64,000 bases of DNA from Promethearchaeia archaeon (lineage in GTDB: Archaea > Asgardarchaeota > Lokiarchaeia > Sigyniarchaeales > SOKP01): NCBI GenBank assembly GCA_029856125.1, contig JAHQWJ010000062.1:96001-160000 (forward strand). Direction: 5' to 3'. Below the pieces are notes generated by a model. That model was not told the origin of the DNA. It saw only the letters and a program-made list of their open reading frames with translations, and made no database searches. Of the stretch, positions 50,206-60,807 are shown piece by piece. Within the stretch, counting starts at the first letter, position 1. Each line of letters starts with the position of its first letter. Position numbers and translations under genes: made by a program.

Positions 50206-52344
50206 ATGATTATTATGATATTGACTCCAGAATCTGATGCAAGGAAAGAAGAAAAAGGTCTTGAAAGGGGATTTCTAAAAAATTTACTACCAAACGTATC
50301 ACGAACGGAAGGCGATGTCGTGCCTTTTGACCCATTAAAGATTAAACAAAGTATTATGAAAGAAACCGGTTTAGATCAAAAATCTGCAGATCAAATTACT
50401 GAATTAGTGGTTAGAAGGATAATATCTTCCAGCATTAGTTTTCTCTCAGGTCCACATATAAGAGAGATTGTATGTTCAATTTTATCTGAACAGCACTACG
50501 AAGACGAAAGGAAGTTATATACGCGAATAGGAATGCCACTAATGGATTACGAAGCTATATTAGAAAAGGGCGTTAACGAAAATGCTAATCAAGACATGAA
50601 TCCTGAATCCATTCACCATTGGGCTGCCAATAGAATCTCTGAGGAGTATGCCCTTTTAAGAATATTAGACTCAAAGGAGGCTCACGCTCACTTGTATGGC
50701 AATTTACACGTCCACATGCTAAGGTATTTTGATTTGCGCCCATTTTGCATGGAATGGGATCCTCGCATGATTCTCGAACACGGGCTTCCTCCTGTTAATA
50801 GTTGGGTGCATTGTAGCAAGTCTGGTCCCGCTGGTAGTTTGAGAGTGGCAGTAACTCACTTGGCAAAGTGGTTAGGGACGATTCAGGGTGAATTTAGTGG
50901 TGGTCAGGGGTATGATTATATAACGACGTTTCTTGCCCCCTATGCAAAAGGAGTCTCACAAAGAGAAATCGAGCAATCGATGCAATGTTTGATATTTGAA
51001 ACTAACCAAATTTTTGCAGCAAGAGGTGGTCAAGTACCTTTCACATCTATTTCGTGTACTCCGACCGTACCTGAAGGTTTATTAGACATACCTGCGGTTG
51101 GCCCACATGGAAAGCTTAATGGACGGTATGGAGATTATAAGAACGAATGCCTTACACTTTTTGACGCCCTTACAGATGTGTATATCCATGGAGACTGCAA
51201 CGGAAAGCTATTTGCGTTCCCAAAACACGAGGTGAAAATCAAAAAAGCGTGGCTTAAAGAATTTGAACCGTCGTACATAAAATTAATGGAAGAAGTCGTC
51301 AAAATGGGTACTCCTTATTTTCTTAATATGTGCCCTGAGTGGATGCCAGACGAAATTCATAGCCAATGTTGTCGGAAATTTCTTAGCGGAAACCAAATTA
51401 TAGAGAAGTGCGTGTTAGACCCTGAAGAGAGAAAAACTGCTAATGTATGGGAAAATTACGTATCCATCGGCTCACTGCAAAGCGTTAGTCTAAATTTACC
51501 TCGCTATGCTTATATTTCTAAGGATGAAGGCGATTACTTAAGGGTTTTAGAAGAAAACATGGAACTTTCGGCTAGAATTTTGCGTAAAAAATGGAAATTA
51601 ATGGAAAAACGTCTAAAATCGGGCCACTTGCCTTTATGTAGTGGAGAAATTAATGGTCGGCCGATTTTTAACTTAAAAAACCAAAACCTCTCCATAGGCT
51701 TCACGGGTCTAAACGAAGCGGTAAAAAGTCTTATAGGTTTTGAGCTGCACGAAAATACTACCGCATACGATTTTGGGAGGAGAATATTAGAATATATGGT
51801 CGCTAAGTGTAACTCCATGACAGAAAGAGACGGAATTTTATATTCTTTATGGGAACAGCCCTCCGAATCGTCGAGTAATCGTTTTGCTAGGTTAGATTTA
51901 AAGCATTTCCCCAAAAAAGCCATACCTCAATCGAGTGGGATATCTGCTTATTACACAAATTCAGATCATATCCGCTACGACGCTGATATCCCATTATCAA
52001 AAAGAATTAAATTGCAGGCAGATTACCATCCTATTGTCGAAGGTGGCGTTATAACCCATATATGGCTTGGAGAGCAAAAACCGGATGTTTTAGGCCTTTG
52101 GGAGCTTACAAAAAACATTTGTCTTAATACAAATACTGCTTACTTTGCTTATACACCAGATTTTACCTATTGTCCTCACTGTAGGAAAATGTTCAGGGGT
52201 GGTAGTTTCACATGTCCTCAATGCCATTCCACCGATGTAAAAGTATACTCTAGAGTTACGGGGTATTATAGCGAAGTAGATAGATATAACCCTGGTAAAA
52301 AAGCCGAATGGAAAGCGAGAAAACGAGAACATCTTATTAAATAA
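50206..52344 (+). CDS. nrdD: Anaerobic (class III) ribonucleoside-triphosphate reductase with ATP cone
   Basis: ATP cone, SGGQG, QCCR, SLNLPR, Zn finger CPHC..CPQC, glycyl-radical motif SRVTGYY. Confidence 0.93.
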   Translation: MIIMILTPESDARKEEKGLERGFLKNLLPNVSRTEGDVVPFDPLKIKQSIMKETGLDQKSADQITELVVRRIISSSISFLSGPHIREIVCSILSEQHYEDERKLYTRIGMPLMDYEAILEKGVNENANQDMNPESIHHWAANRISEEYALLRILDSKEAHAHLYGNLHVHMLRYFDLRPFCMEWDPRMILEHGLPPVNSWVHCSKSGPAGSLRVAVTHLAKWLGTIQGEFSGGQGYDYITTFLAPYAKGVSQREIEQSMQCLIFETNQIFAARGGQVPFTSISCTPTVPEGLLDIPAVGPHGKLNGRYGDYKNECLTLFDALTDVYIHGDCNGKLFAFPKHEVKIKKAWLKEFEPSYIKLMEEVVKMGTPYFLNMCPEWMPDEIHSQCCRKFLSGNQIIEKCVLDPEERKTANVWENYVSIGSLQSVSLNLPRYAYISKDEGDYLRVLEENMELSARILRKKWKLMEKRLKSGHLPLCSGEINGRPIFNLKNQNLSIGFTGLNEAVKSLIGFELHENTTAYDFGRRILEYMVAKCNSMTERDGILYSLWEQPSESSSNRFARLDLKHFPKKAIPQSSGISAYYTNSDHIRYDADIPLSKRIKLQADYHPIVEGGVITHIWLGEQKPDVLGLWELTKNICLNTNTAYFAYTPDFTYCPHCRKMFRGGSFTCPQCHSTDVKVYSRVTGYYSEVDRYNPGKKAEWKARKREHLIK

Positions 52345-52387
52345 TTTATTTTGTTTTTTTTATATACTTTTAAACGTTATTCTAATT

Positions 52388-52705
52388 ATGAGTAAAGATG
52401 TATCACTAAAAGAATTTCAAAAGAAAATAGATAATTGGATCGCTCATCACGGAGGATATTGGCCTCCTCTTTCTATGCTTAGTGCAATTGTAGAAGAAAT
52501 TGGGGAACTCGCAAAAGAAATAAATCATTTAGAAGGGTTTAAACCTAAAAAACCTGATAAAATTTCAGCCAATTTGGGCGAGGAGCTCGCAGATGTCATA
52601 TTTGCTCTAATTTGTCTCGCTAATTCCTATAAAATTGACATTAGCTACGAATTAGAAGCCGTAATGAAAAAATATACAATAAGAGATTCTAATAGGTTCA
52701 AGTAA
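52388..52705 (+). CDS. MazG-like nucleotide pyrophosphohydrolase
   Basis: EEIGELAKEIN, EELADV, RD..RF. Confidence 0.88.
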   Translation: MSKDVSLKEFQKKIDNWIAHHGGYWPPLSMLSAIVEEIGELAKEINHLEGFKPKKPDKISANLGEELADVIFALICLANSYKIDISYELEAVMKKYTIRDSNRFK

Positions 52706-52839
52706 ATTAAATTATTTTATTTAAACCTCATCTCATTTATCGTATCATATTTTGAAAAATTTTAATTCTTTTCAGCTTTTTATTTTTTAGATATAGATAG
52801 TAAAAATATTTAATAAAAATTGTTTTATAACGATATAAA

Positions 52840-54015
52840 ATGCAGAAAGAAGGTATAGAGAAACAAAAAATCCTTGAGCTACTTGAAAAAAAGCTAAAAA
52901 AGGATTTATCCTACGATTCCGGCTCAATTTTAGGTTCTATGTGCTCAGAACCTTTAAACATCGCTAAAGAAATACATAATAAGTATATATCAAAAAATTT
53001 GGGAGATCCGGGATTATTTTTAGGCACCGCTGAATTAGAAGATGAAGTTATACGCGAAATTGGTGAATTATTTGGTAACAGTAGTATTTATGGTACGTTT
53101 ACAACTGGGGGATCAGAGGCAAATTTAATAGCAATGCGGATTGCTAGAAATTTACGACCTCATATTAAGAAACCAGAGGTTGTACTCCCGTGCTCTGCTC
53201 ATATATCCTTTGATAAAGCAGCAGATTTATTAAATATTAAGTTGAAAAAGGTAAATCTTCTTAATAATTTTCAATTAGATTTAAATCATTTAGAATCTCT
53301 CGTTAATGATAACACATGCGCTGTTGTTGGAGTTGCGGGTACAACATCCTTAGGTTTAATTGATCCTATTGAAGAAATAGGGAAACTTATTGGAGGACGA
53401 GACATATTTTTTCACGTAGATGCTGCCTTTGGTGGATTTGTGTTACCTTTTTTAAAGGAGTTAGGGTATCCTATTCCAGCTTGGGATTTTTCAGTGAAAA
53501 GCGTGGATTCAATTACAGCAGATCCTCACAAAATGGGTTTAGGAATTATACCTTCAGGTGGATATTTCATTAGAGACGCTTCGATTTTAAAAAAAACAGG
53601 ATTTGAAATTCCCTATTTAGCAGGTGGAAATTTTCAGCATTTTCACATTGTAGGTACTAGACCAGGAAGTCCGATTATAGCGTTTTGGGCAATTTTAAAG
53701 CTTTTAGGGATTAATGGTTTTAAGGAGATTGTGAAAAAATGTATGGAAAATACAAAGTTCCTAGCCCAAAGAATATCAGAAATTGATGGTGTAAAATTAG
53801 CGGTTGACCCAGTTATGAACGTAGTAGGAATCACCACCGAAAGTGGAAAAAGTATATGTGAAGTTGAAAAATCTTTACGTGACAGCAAATGGATGTTAGG
53901 AAAATTTCTGGATTTCAATTTAGTGAGAGTGGTGATTATGCCTCACGTAAAAAGAGAGCATTTAATCGAATTTAGTTCTGATTTAGAAAAAATCGTAAAA
54001 AAACTAAAATTATAA
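52840..54015 (+). CDS. mfnA: PLP-dependent tyrosine/aspartate decarboxylase
   Basis: ILGSMC, NLGDPGLF, GGSEAN, HVDAAFGG, DPHKMG, GTRPG. Confidence 0.9.
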   Translation: MQKEGIEKQKILELLEKKLKKDLSYDSGSILGSMCSEPLNIAKEIHNKYISKNLGDPGLFLGTAELEDEVIREIGELFGNSSIYGTFTTGGSEANLIAMRIARNLRPHIKKPEVVLPCSAHISFDKAADLLNIKLKKVNLLNNFQLDLNHLESLVNDNTCAVVGVAGTTSLGLIDPIEEIGKLIGGRDIFFHVDAAFGGFVLPFLKELGYPIPAWDFSVKSVDSITADPHKMGLGIIPSGGYFIRDASILKKTGFEIPYLAGGNFQHFHIVGTRPGSPIIAFWAILKLLGINGFKEIVKKCMENTKFLAQRISEIDGVKLAVDPVMNVVGITTESGKSICEVEKSLRDSKWMLGKFLDFNLVRVVIMPHVKREHLIEFSSDLEKIVKKLKL

Positions 54016-54131
54016 AAAGTAATGATAGAGAATTTTATAATATACGTCAATTATATATCATAAGTCAAACAATAGTAAAATAACATTTTAAATTTAAGTA
54101 GGGTTAAAATCCTTTAGAAATGAGTTAGAGA

Positions 54132-54938
54132 ATGGCAAAAGATAAAAAAAAAAAGATTGGAATAAAAACAACGAGGTATTATACGAAAACATGTACCAGT
54201 TGTAATTACGAATACCCTAATTGGTTTACTAATTGTCCTAAATGCGGTGCCGCTTGGGACTCTAATAAGGCAGCCTTGAGTGTCGGAAAAAAGGAAGTAC
54301 CGAGAAAAACGATTAAAATTGTCGTAAAAATAACGGAAGAAGATTTTGACGACGCTTTTGAAAGAGTACAATTAATTTTTAGCGCTGATCAGGGTGTGTC
54401 GTGGTATAGCTTGAGGATGGAAAACAAGTTAGATTATTTTATTGCCGAAATAGTTGAAGTTCCGTTGGGTGCTGTTGTTATTTATTACATTGAAGTGTTC
54501 TTAGCACACGGAGAAAAAATCGTTGAAAATAACGACGGTAAGTACTTTCATTACAAAGTTGGCTTACCTGTGGAAAATTTAGAAAACGAAGAGGATCAAT
54601 CCACAGAAAGTATTCCTCATTCCTCAGAATATAAACCTTTCAAGGTAACGAATCAATCCGTTGGAAAAGCAGAAAGTATCGAAAATTCCAAGGTCGAGCT
54701 TGAGGACGAATTGGATAAAATAATTTTTAACGATTCAATCCAACTCTCTGAACTTCATGTAAGCAAACAAATCGATGTACCACCCCCTCAGCCAAAAAAA
54801 TATCATGTTGACGATACTAAAACGATTTTTGGAACTCTTCAAACTCAGATAGATCCAGAGTTGAAATTCTGTCCTTTTTGTAATTCAAAAATCAAAAAAA
54901 TGTGGAGTACGTGCCCCATTTGCGGTAAAAACCTTTAG
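54132..54938 (+). CDS. Protein with N- and C-terminal zinc ribbons and a central beta-rich domain
   Basis: CTSC..CPKCG; YYIEV..ENNDGKYF; CPFC..CPICG. Confidence 0.75.
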   Translation: MAKDKKKKIGIKTTRYYTKTCTSCNYEYPNWFTNCPKCGAAWDSNKAALSVGKKEVPRKTIKIVVKITEEDFDDAFERVQLIFSADQGVSWYSLRMENKLDYFIAEIVEVPLGAVVIYYIEVFLAHGEKIVENNDGKYFHYKVGLPVENLENEEDQSTESIPHSSEYKPFKVTNQSVGKAESIENSKVELEDELDKIIFNDSIQLSELHVSKQIDVPPPQPKKYHVDDTKTIFGTLQTQIDPELKFCPFCNSKIKKMWSTCPICGKNL

Positions 54939-54979
54939 AGAATATTATTAAATTTAGTTTTTTAGTTTGGTTCTCGTTC

Positions 54980-56713
54980 TTAGAGTTTACTACCACATTT
55001 ATTACAGTAAGCGTAATCGGAAGATAATGTTGTTCCGCATTGTTCGCAAATTAGGAGATCATTTTTCTTCTCTTTTTGGTTTTCTTCTTGAACTGATTGA
55101 GAGGATGTAATTGCTGTGAATGATGTGAAATTTCTATCTATGTCTGCTACGTTAGGAATTATTCGCAATTTAGATTTCTCTTCTTTGTCACCCTTTATTG
55201 TAGCGGTAAAAGGAATAAAAGACGCGCTACTTTCCTCTGGAATTCCTTCCGTTCTTTGAGTTAAAGTCTGGAACAATGAACTTGGTTTGGAACTCGGTGA
55301 TACTTGAGACGATGTCTGTTCGGGTGTCACACCTTCAACAGAAGATTTTTTTTCCTTTTTACTTTTTTTTGATGTCTTCATCCCTTCAAATAATTCCCCT
55401 TGTTTCGCTCGTTGTTCAGAAATTTTCTTTTCTTTTTCGATTTTAGACTTTTCTTTATCTTGTTTCTTTTTCTCTTTAGCTAATCTTTTTTGTTCTTTTT
55501 TAGGTATTATTGTTTGCGGCATATAATCGACTAACGACTCCGAAGATGCAGGTTGGGAAACTGGCTCGTCGTCTACTTCTTGTTTTGGTTGGGGGGTTGG
55601 TTCAAATGTCATAGAAGCAGGTAATGGTTTAGGTGCCTCTTCTCTTTTCGTGACGCGAAATGGAGTTTGGAAAGAGGTGCTCTCCGGGGGATTTTCTGTT
55701 TTAGGTAGTTGAAATTCTTTGGGTGTAGGTGCAGGGATTGGAACATTTGATGTAAAAGGAATAGTTTTTGGCTTATATGTTTCTTTATCGTTTGTTGTAG
55801 TTGCTTGTTCTGACGGTTGAGATTTCTCAGCCATAATCTGATCGGGCGTTTTAAATTCTATGTCTGTTGGTTCGGGCGTAAAAATTTCTGGATTAGGGTG
55901 AGGTTGAGAAACGGGAGTAGGTTCGGGTACTGGTGGAGCTTCATATTCAAGTTCGGGTTCTGGTTCAAAAATGGGTGTGGGTTCTTTAGAGTATGTTATT
56001 TTCGGTTCGGGTACTGGTGGAGCTTCATATTCAAGTTCAGGTTCGGGTTCCGGAACAGGTGGTGCTAAATACTCAGTTTTAGGTATTGTAGGTTGAACAA
56101 TTGTCTTTTCGATGGGTTCGCTTCCTTTGATAATTTCTCCTGGAGCGTAAACGGTTTCGTTAGAGATTAATTGGTCAGGAACCCCTTGTCCTATCATCAA
56201 ACAAGCGAGAATGTGAAAGCAATCTCCGACACCGTCACCCGTTTTAGCAGAAGTCTCCATATAATACAAGTTGAAATCTCTCGTAAAATTGTTAATTTCT
56301 TCAACTGAAACAGCTCTAATGTCAGTTAAATCGCTTTTATTGCCAACAAGTAATACAGGTATATCAACTTTTATGTTAGCCCTAACTTCTTCAATCCACT
56401 GTGGTAAATGTTCAAAACTTGCAGAGTTCGTAAGATCAAAGACGAGGATTGTACCGAGCGATCCTCTATAATACATTGGTCTGATTGAGCTAAATCGTTC
56501 TTGGCCGCCGGTATCCCAGAGTTGGAGCTTACATTTGATCGGTCCTTCAAAAGTATCAATCGAGATCGTTTTTACATGAAAATCAACACCGATTGTCATC
56601 TTATAATCTTCAGTAAAGAACCCTTTCGAGAATCGGAGTGTAAGTGCGGTTTTACCGACACCACCATCTCCTACCACGATTGATTTAAAAAGGTAATCAT
56701 ATTCTTCAACCAT
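54980..56713 (-). CDS. Rab-like small GTPase with long Pro-rich tail and C-terminal zinc ribbon
   Basis: YDYLFK, GDGGVGKT, TIGVDF, WDTGGQERF, NKSD, ETSAK; about 390-aa tail ending CEQC..CNKC. Confidence 0.9.
   Translation of the reverse strand: MVEEYDYLFKSIVVGDGGVGKTALTLRFSKGFFTEDYKMTIGVDFHVKTISIDTFEGPIKCKLQLWDTGGQERFSSIRPMYYRGSLGTILVFDLTNSASFEHLPQWIEEVRANIKVDIPVLLVGNKSDLTDIRAVSVEEINNFTRDFNLYYMETSAKTGDGVGDCFHILACLMIGQGVPDQLISNETVYAPGEIIKGSEPIEKTIVQPTIPKTEYLAPPVPEPEPELEYEAPPVPEPKITYSKEPTPIFEPEPELEYEAPPVPEPTPVSQPHPNPEIFTPEPTDIEFKTPDQIMAEKSQPSEQATTTNDKETYKPKTIPFTSNVPIPAPTPKEFQLPKTENPPESTSFQTPFRVTKREEAPKPLPASMTFEPTPQPKQEVDDEPVSQPASSESLVDYMPQTIIPKKEQKRLAKEKKKQDKEKSKIEKEKKISEQRAKQGELFEGMKTSKKSKKEKKSSVEGVTPEQTSSQVSPSSKPSSLFQTLTQRTEGIPEESSASFIPFTATIKGDKEEKSKLRIIPNVADIDRNFTSFTAITSSQSVQEENQKEKKNDLLICEQCGTTLSSDYAYCNKCGSKL
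55920..56038. repeat. 35-nt exact direct repeat within the GTPase tail
   Basis: GGTTCGGGTACTGGTGGAGCTTCATATTCAAGTTC at 55920..55954 and 56004..56038; encodes ELEYEAPPVPEP. Confidence 0.85.
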
Positions 56714-56926
56714 TTCAATTCTTCCATTACTTTATTCAGTTTTTGTATTAGAATTTTTAATAATAATCTAAGTTGTTCTATTATTATTATTAATAAAAAT
56801 TTATTTAATTATACTTTTGGATATTTTACATCAGATTTTCTAGTTTATGTGTTGGCAACTGCTGTTGTACGGCACTTTTTAAAAGAATTTTAGAAACCTT
56901 TACCAATTAAATACGTATAATTTTTT

Positions 56927-56961
56927 AAGTCCCCTTTAAAAAACGATTTTAAGGGGGACTT
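56927..56961. other. 15-bp inverted repeat (hairpin)
   Basis: AAGTCCCCTTTAAAA-aacga-TTTTAAGGGGGACTT with one G-T pair. Confidence 0.7.
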
Positions 56962-56986
56962 TTTAGATTAACGGGAAATCATTGTA

Positions 56987-57874
56987 TTACACTTTTCTGT
57001 TGTTAAACTCTTCTTCGATATCTACATTTTCAAACCAATCGTTAAGTTTTTCTAAGCTTTCTTGTGGAAATTCATACGAGTGCTCCCTATCTGGATATAA
57101 TCCTTTTTCTACTTCGCTTTTATAGCTAAATAATGCATTTCGGACGGATTTTCCCACATCTCCAAAATATTTAAGAAATTTAGGTTTGAAGTCGGTAAAA
57201 AGCCCTAACATATCGTTAATAACTAAAATTTGGCCGTCACAGTAAGAACCGGCTCCAATTCCTATGGTTGGAATGTCAATCGATTTAGTAATTAATTTAG
57301 CTATTTGCCAAGGAATACTTTCCAGGACGATTGAAAACACCCCTGATTTTTCCAGATTTTTTGCGTCTAAAATCAGCTTTTTTGCGGCTTCTATCGTTTT
57401 CCCTTGAACTAAAAATCCTCCAAACTCATATACAGCCTGAGGTGTAAGTCCTATGTGCCCCATGACTTGAATATCAGCATCAATCATAGCCTCTATTGTG
57501 GGACAAATTTTTGTGCCCCCCTCAACTTTCACGGCTTCAGCTCCACCTTCCTGAATGAATCTTCCTGCATTCCTAACGGCTTCGTTGATATTGATTTTAT
57601 ACGATAAAAATGGCATATCCCCAACTATCATTGCATTTGAAACTCCACTAGACACTGCTTTTGTATGGTGAATCATATCGTCCATTGTAACTGCTAATGT
57701 ATTTTTGTATCCAAGAATTACCATAGAAAGAGAATCACCTACGAGAATTAAATCAATTCCACATTCGTCAACGATCTTCGCAAACGAATAGTCGTAAGAA
57801 GTGATAGTAACTATTTTTTCTCCGTTTTTTTTCTTCTCAATTATTTTTTGAGCAGTCATTTTTTGTAAGGCCAT
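56987..57874 (-). CDS. panB: Ketopantoate hydroxymethyltransferase
   Basis: TSYD, ILVGDSL, DMPF, AVKVEGG, MGHIGLTPQ, IGIGAG..CDGQILV. Confidence 0.96.
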   Translation of the reverse strand: MALQKMTAQKIIEKKKNGEKIVTITSYDYSFAKIVDECGIDLILVGDSLSMVILGYKNTLAVTMDDMIHHTKAVSSGVSNAMIVGDMPFLSYKININEAVRNAGRFIQEGGAEAVKVEGGTKICPTIEAMIDADIQVMGHIGLTPQAVYEFGGFLVQGKTIEAAKKLILDAKNLEKSGVFSIVLESIPWQIAKLITKSIDIPTIGIGAGSYCDGQILVINDMLGLFTDFKPKFLKYFGDVGKSVRNALFSYKSEVEKGLYPDREHSYEFPQESLEKLNDWFENVDIEEEFNNRKV

Positions 57875-58094
57875 ACATGAAGTAACGCTATACCTCAGAA
57901 AAATGTTTTGTTTGTTTAAATAGACCTAAAATTCTCGGTAGCAAAATTAATTTTCACCCTTACAGATCTTTAATATATTGCTTTAATTTGTTCAATGAGT
58001 TGCGAAAGTTAGGGATATAAAAGCTGTTGTAACTTACCTAACGCTCATTTTCTTTATCGAAAACGAATGTCACGATTTCTATTATCTATCCTTT

Positions 58095-59039
58095 TTAGGC
58101 TAAGTTTCTTAGCAATAAGCTCTGAAAATCGTTTAATTCGTTCTTTATTTCGCTGAATTTATTATGGAGAGCGATTATCCCTACATAGAAGATATTTTCT
58201 ACGTTCTCAATTTCTATTAAAAATTTTCGTACGTAATAAGTTTTAGCGTCAGAAAATGCCGTTCGGTCGATTATTTCTACTTTTTCGTCTTTTATCCTTT
58301 GAAAAAACTCAAGATCTTCGTTAATTTTATTACTTATTTTCTCTTCGAACTCCCGGGTATCCATGGTATCCATGTAATGATCAGAGATTATAAGACCCGT
58401 GTCAGTATATAGTATTGCATAACTACACTTATAATAATTAACGAATCTGTTTAGAACGGCGTCAATTTCTTTTAAACGTAACACTGTATTAAGAGAGTAA
58501 GAAAATGCTTGAGAGATCGAGGATATATCGTAATAAGAGGTGTTAAAGAATTTAAATTTGATATCGTGATTTTGCGACAATATCAGGTTTTTTATCATTT
58601 TGGCCCGATCTATATAATCTTCGTCGTTTTTGAACTTTGGATCGAATTTATTGAAACATACTATTACTTCGTTTTCGTAATTAAGATTTCTATAAATATC
58701 TAATAACTCGTGGAGATATTCTACCGAATCTTCAAATTTAAGCTCATCTTGAATGTCAATTAGGTAGTAAATGTAATCTGTTTCAAAAAAATATACTGGA
58801 TTGGTTACATAGATTTTTCTGAACTTCTTTTGTCCACCCATATCCCAAAGATTAATTCGATAGGTGTTGAGGAATTTAAAAGAACTGTAATCGATTTTTA
58901 TCGTTGGTTTTAGGTTTTTAACTCGCTCATAAAAGTTGTATTTCTGCCTAAGAGCTATCAAAGCGCTCGTTTTACCGGCATTATCTAGTCCCGCAATAAC
59001 AAGTTTAAATTCCTTAGATTGGTGAGGATTAGTTGTCAT
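58095..59039 (-). CDS. Arf/Rag-like small GTPase with C-terminal roadblock-like domain
   Basis: GLDNAGKT, PT, WDMGGQ, NKFD; C-terminal AILYTDTGLII. Confidence 0.8.
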   Translation of the reverse strand: MTTNPHQSKEFKLVIAGLDNAGKTSALIALRQKYNFYERVKNLKPTIKIDYSSFKFLNTYRINLWDMGGQKKFRKIYVTNPVYFFETDYIYYLIDIQDELKFEDSVEYLHELLDIYRNLNYENEVIVCFNKFDPKFKNDEDYIDRAKMIKNLILSQNHDIKFKFFNTSYYDISSISQAFSYSLNTVLRLKEIDAVLNRFVNYYKCSYAILYTDTGLIISDHYMDTMDTREFEEKISNKINEDLEFFQRIKDEKVEIIDRTAFSDAKTYYVRKFLIEIENVENIFYVGIIALHNKFSEIKNELNDFQSLLLRNLA

Positions 59040-59240
59040 TATTAATTATAAAATTACTTTTATCTCGAAAATATTATGTAAAATTAAATTATAAATCTCA
59101 ATTAATTTATTTATTTTTATTGATTTTTTTGATTTTTACGCGTAAACCAACAAATAAAGATGATTAAGTTTTATCAATAAGATTTTTTAGGAAACAAATC
59201 ATTAAATAATTCTAATAAAATTAACTAAGATAAGATTATT

Positions 59241-60266
59241 ATGGATGCTAAAGATATAGATTACTACGCTCTAGGGTTCGAATTTATTGAAACGAAAACT
59301 ATGTTTGTTTCAAACTACAAAGACGGTAGATGGGACGAGGGTACGTTAGTACCGTTTGGTAACTTCGAGATTTCACCTGCAGCGTGCATATTAAACTATG
59401 GACAAGGAATTTTCGAAGGGATGAAAGCATTAAAGACTAAAAAGGGCGATCATGTTCTCTTTAGACCAGAGGAGAACGCAAAGAGATTCAACGATAGTGC
59501 TAGTAGAATGCTCATACCCAATTATAATGTAGATAAATTTGTTTCTGCCGTAAAAAAAGTAGTAAAGGCTAATGAGGATTATATACCACCCTATGATAGT
59601 GGTGGAGCTCTTTACATTCGCCCTATAATGATTGGAACAGGTCCTACAGTCGGAGTAAAACCTGCTAATGAGTATAAAATGATAATGTTTACCGTCCCAG
59701 TAGGACCCTATTTTCCGGAAGGATTTACAGGTATAGATTTAGAAATCACGAAGAAATACACAAGGGCGGCCCCAGGAGGAACGGGCTCGAGCAAAACGTG
59801 TTGTAATTACGCAGGTTCTATGCTACCCGGCAAAGAAGCTAAGGAAAGAGGTTTTGCGCAGGTTATTTTTTTGGATGCGGTTCATAAAGAATATATCGAT
59901 GAGGTCGGAGCTGCGAACTTCTTTGCTGTGATTGACGGAGTCTTAGTAACGCCGAAAACTGCTGGCACAATTTTACCCGGAATCACACGAAAATCGATTT
60001 TAGAGCTAGCTTCAAAAAAAATTGGAATGCTAACAGAAGAAAGAGATATTTCTTACAAAGAGCTTTTTGAAGTATCGTGCACCGAAGCTTTTTGCTCGGG
60101 GACTGCTGCTGTTATTACTCCAATTAAATCGGTTGTTCTCGAGGAAAAAAAGCGAATTTTTAGCGAAGGGGAACCGGGAGAAATTACTCGAAAAGCTTAC
60201 GAAATGCTCACTGGCATTCAGCGTTTAGATATTGGTGACGAATTTGGATGGGTTGAGAAAATTTAG
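59241..60266 (+). CDS. ilvE: Branched-chain amino acid aminotransferase
   Basis: LNYGQGIFEGMK, LYIRP, K...NYA, E.GAAN.F, ILPGITR, GTAAVITPI. Confidence 0.95.
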   Translation: MDAKDIDYYALGFEFIETKTMFVSNYKDGRWDEGTLVPFGNFEISPAACILNYGQGIFEGMKALKTKKGDHVLFRPEENAKRFNDSASRMLIPNYNVDKFVSAVKKVVKANEDYIPPYDSGGALYIRPIMIGTGPTVGVKPANEYKMIMFTVPVGPYFPEGFTGIDLEITKKYTRAAPGGTGSSKTCCNYAGSMLPGKEAKERGFAQVIFLDAVHKEYIDEVGAANFFAVIDGVLVTPKTAGTILPGITRKSILELASKKIGMLTEERDISYKELFEVSCTEAFCSGTAAVITPIKSVVLEEKKRIFSEGEPGEITRKAYEMLTGIQRLDIGDEFGWVEKI

Positions 60267-60291
60267 AGAATAGAAATGGTTTTACTTCTAA

Positions 60292-60807
60292 TTAAAGGCA
60301 TAGACTTCCAATTAAAATTTCAAAAGCGTTTTTTATGTTTTCTCCAGTCTTTGAAGATATTTTAAGGTAAGAAATAATATTTTCGTTCTCATTTACAATA
60401 TCAAGGATGTAATTGTCTATCGCTTGGGTATCAGATGGTGAAATAAGATCTCTTTTTGTTCCTATTAATAATATAGGAAGATTTCCAAAAGGTTCTAATG
60501 TTTTTATCCAATCGTATACGTTTTCAATGGTATTAATCCGAGTTAGATCAAAAAGGATAACGGCTGCGATAGAACCGTCAACAAAACCATTTAGAAGCGT
60601 TTTAAACTGAGTTTGACCAGCAAAGTCCCACATTATAAAATTTAATTCAATCCCATTGACCGTGATGTTTTTCGAATAAAAATCAACACCTCGGGTTAAT
60701 TTACTATCGTCGTAAAAGCAATCGTGGACGAGTCGGTCTAAAAACGAGGTTTTTCCTACTCCTCCATCTCCAGACACAATAACTTTTACTGTTTTCATCT
60801 TAATCAA
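60292..60807 (-). CDS. Rab-like small GTPase
   Basis: GDGGVGKT, TRGVDF, WDFAGQ, TKRD, SSKTG. Confidence 0.9.
   Translation of the reverse strand: MIKMKTVKVIVSGDGGVGKTSFLDRLVHDCFYDDSKLTRGVDFYSKNITVNGIELNFIMWDFAGQTQFKTLLNGFVDGSIAAVILFDLTRINTIENVYDWIKTLEPFGNLPILLIGTKRDLISPSDTQAIDNYILDIVNENENIISYLKISSKTGENIKNAFEILIGSLCL

Noticed and set aside
57996-58047. Weak hairpin upstream of panB as a riboswitch
   Set aside because: Pairing is short and ambiguous, with no recognisable aptamer.
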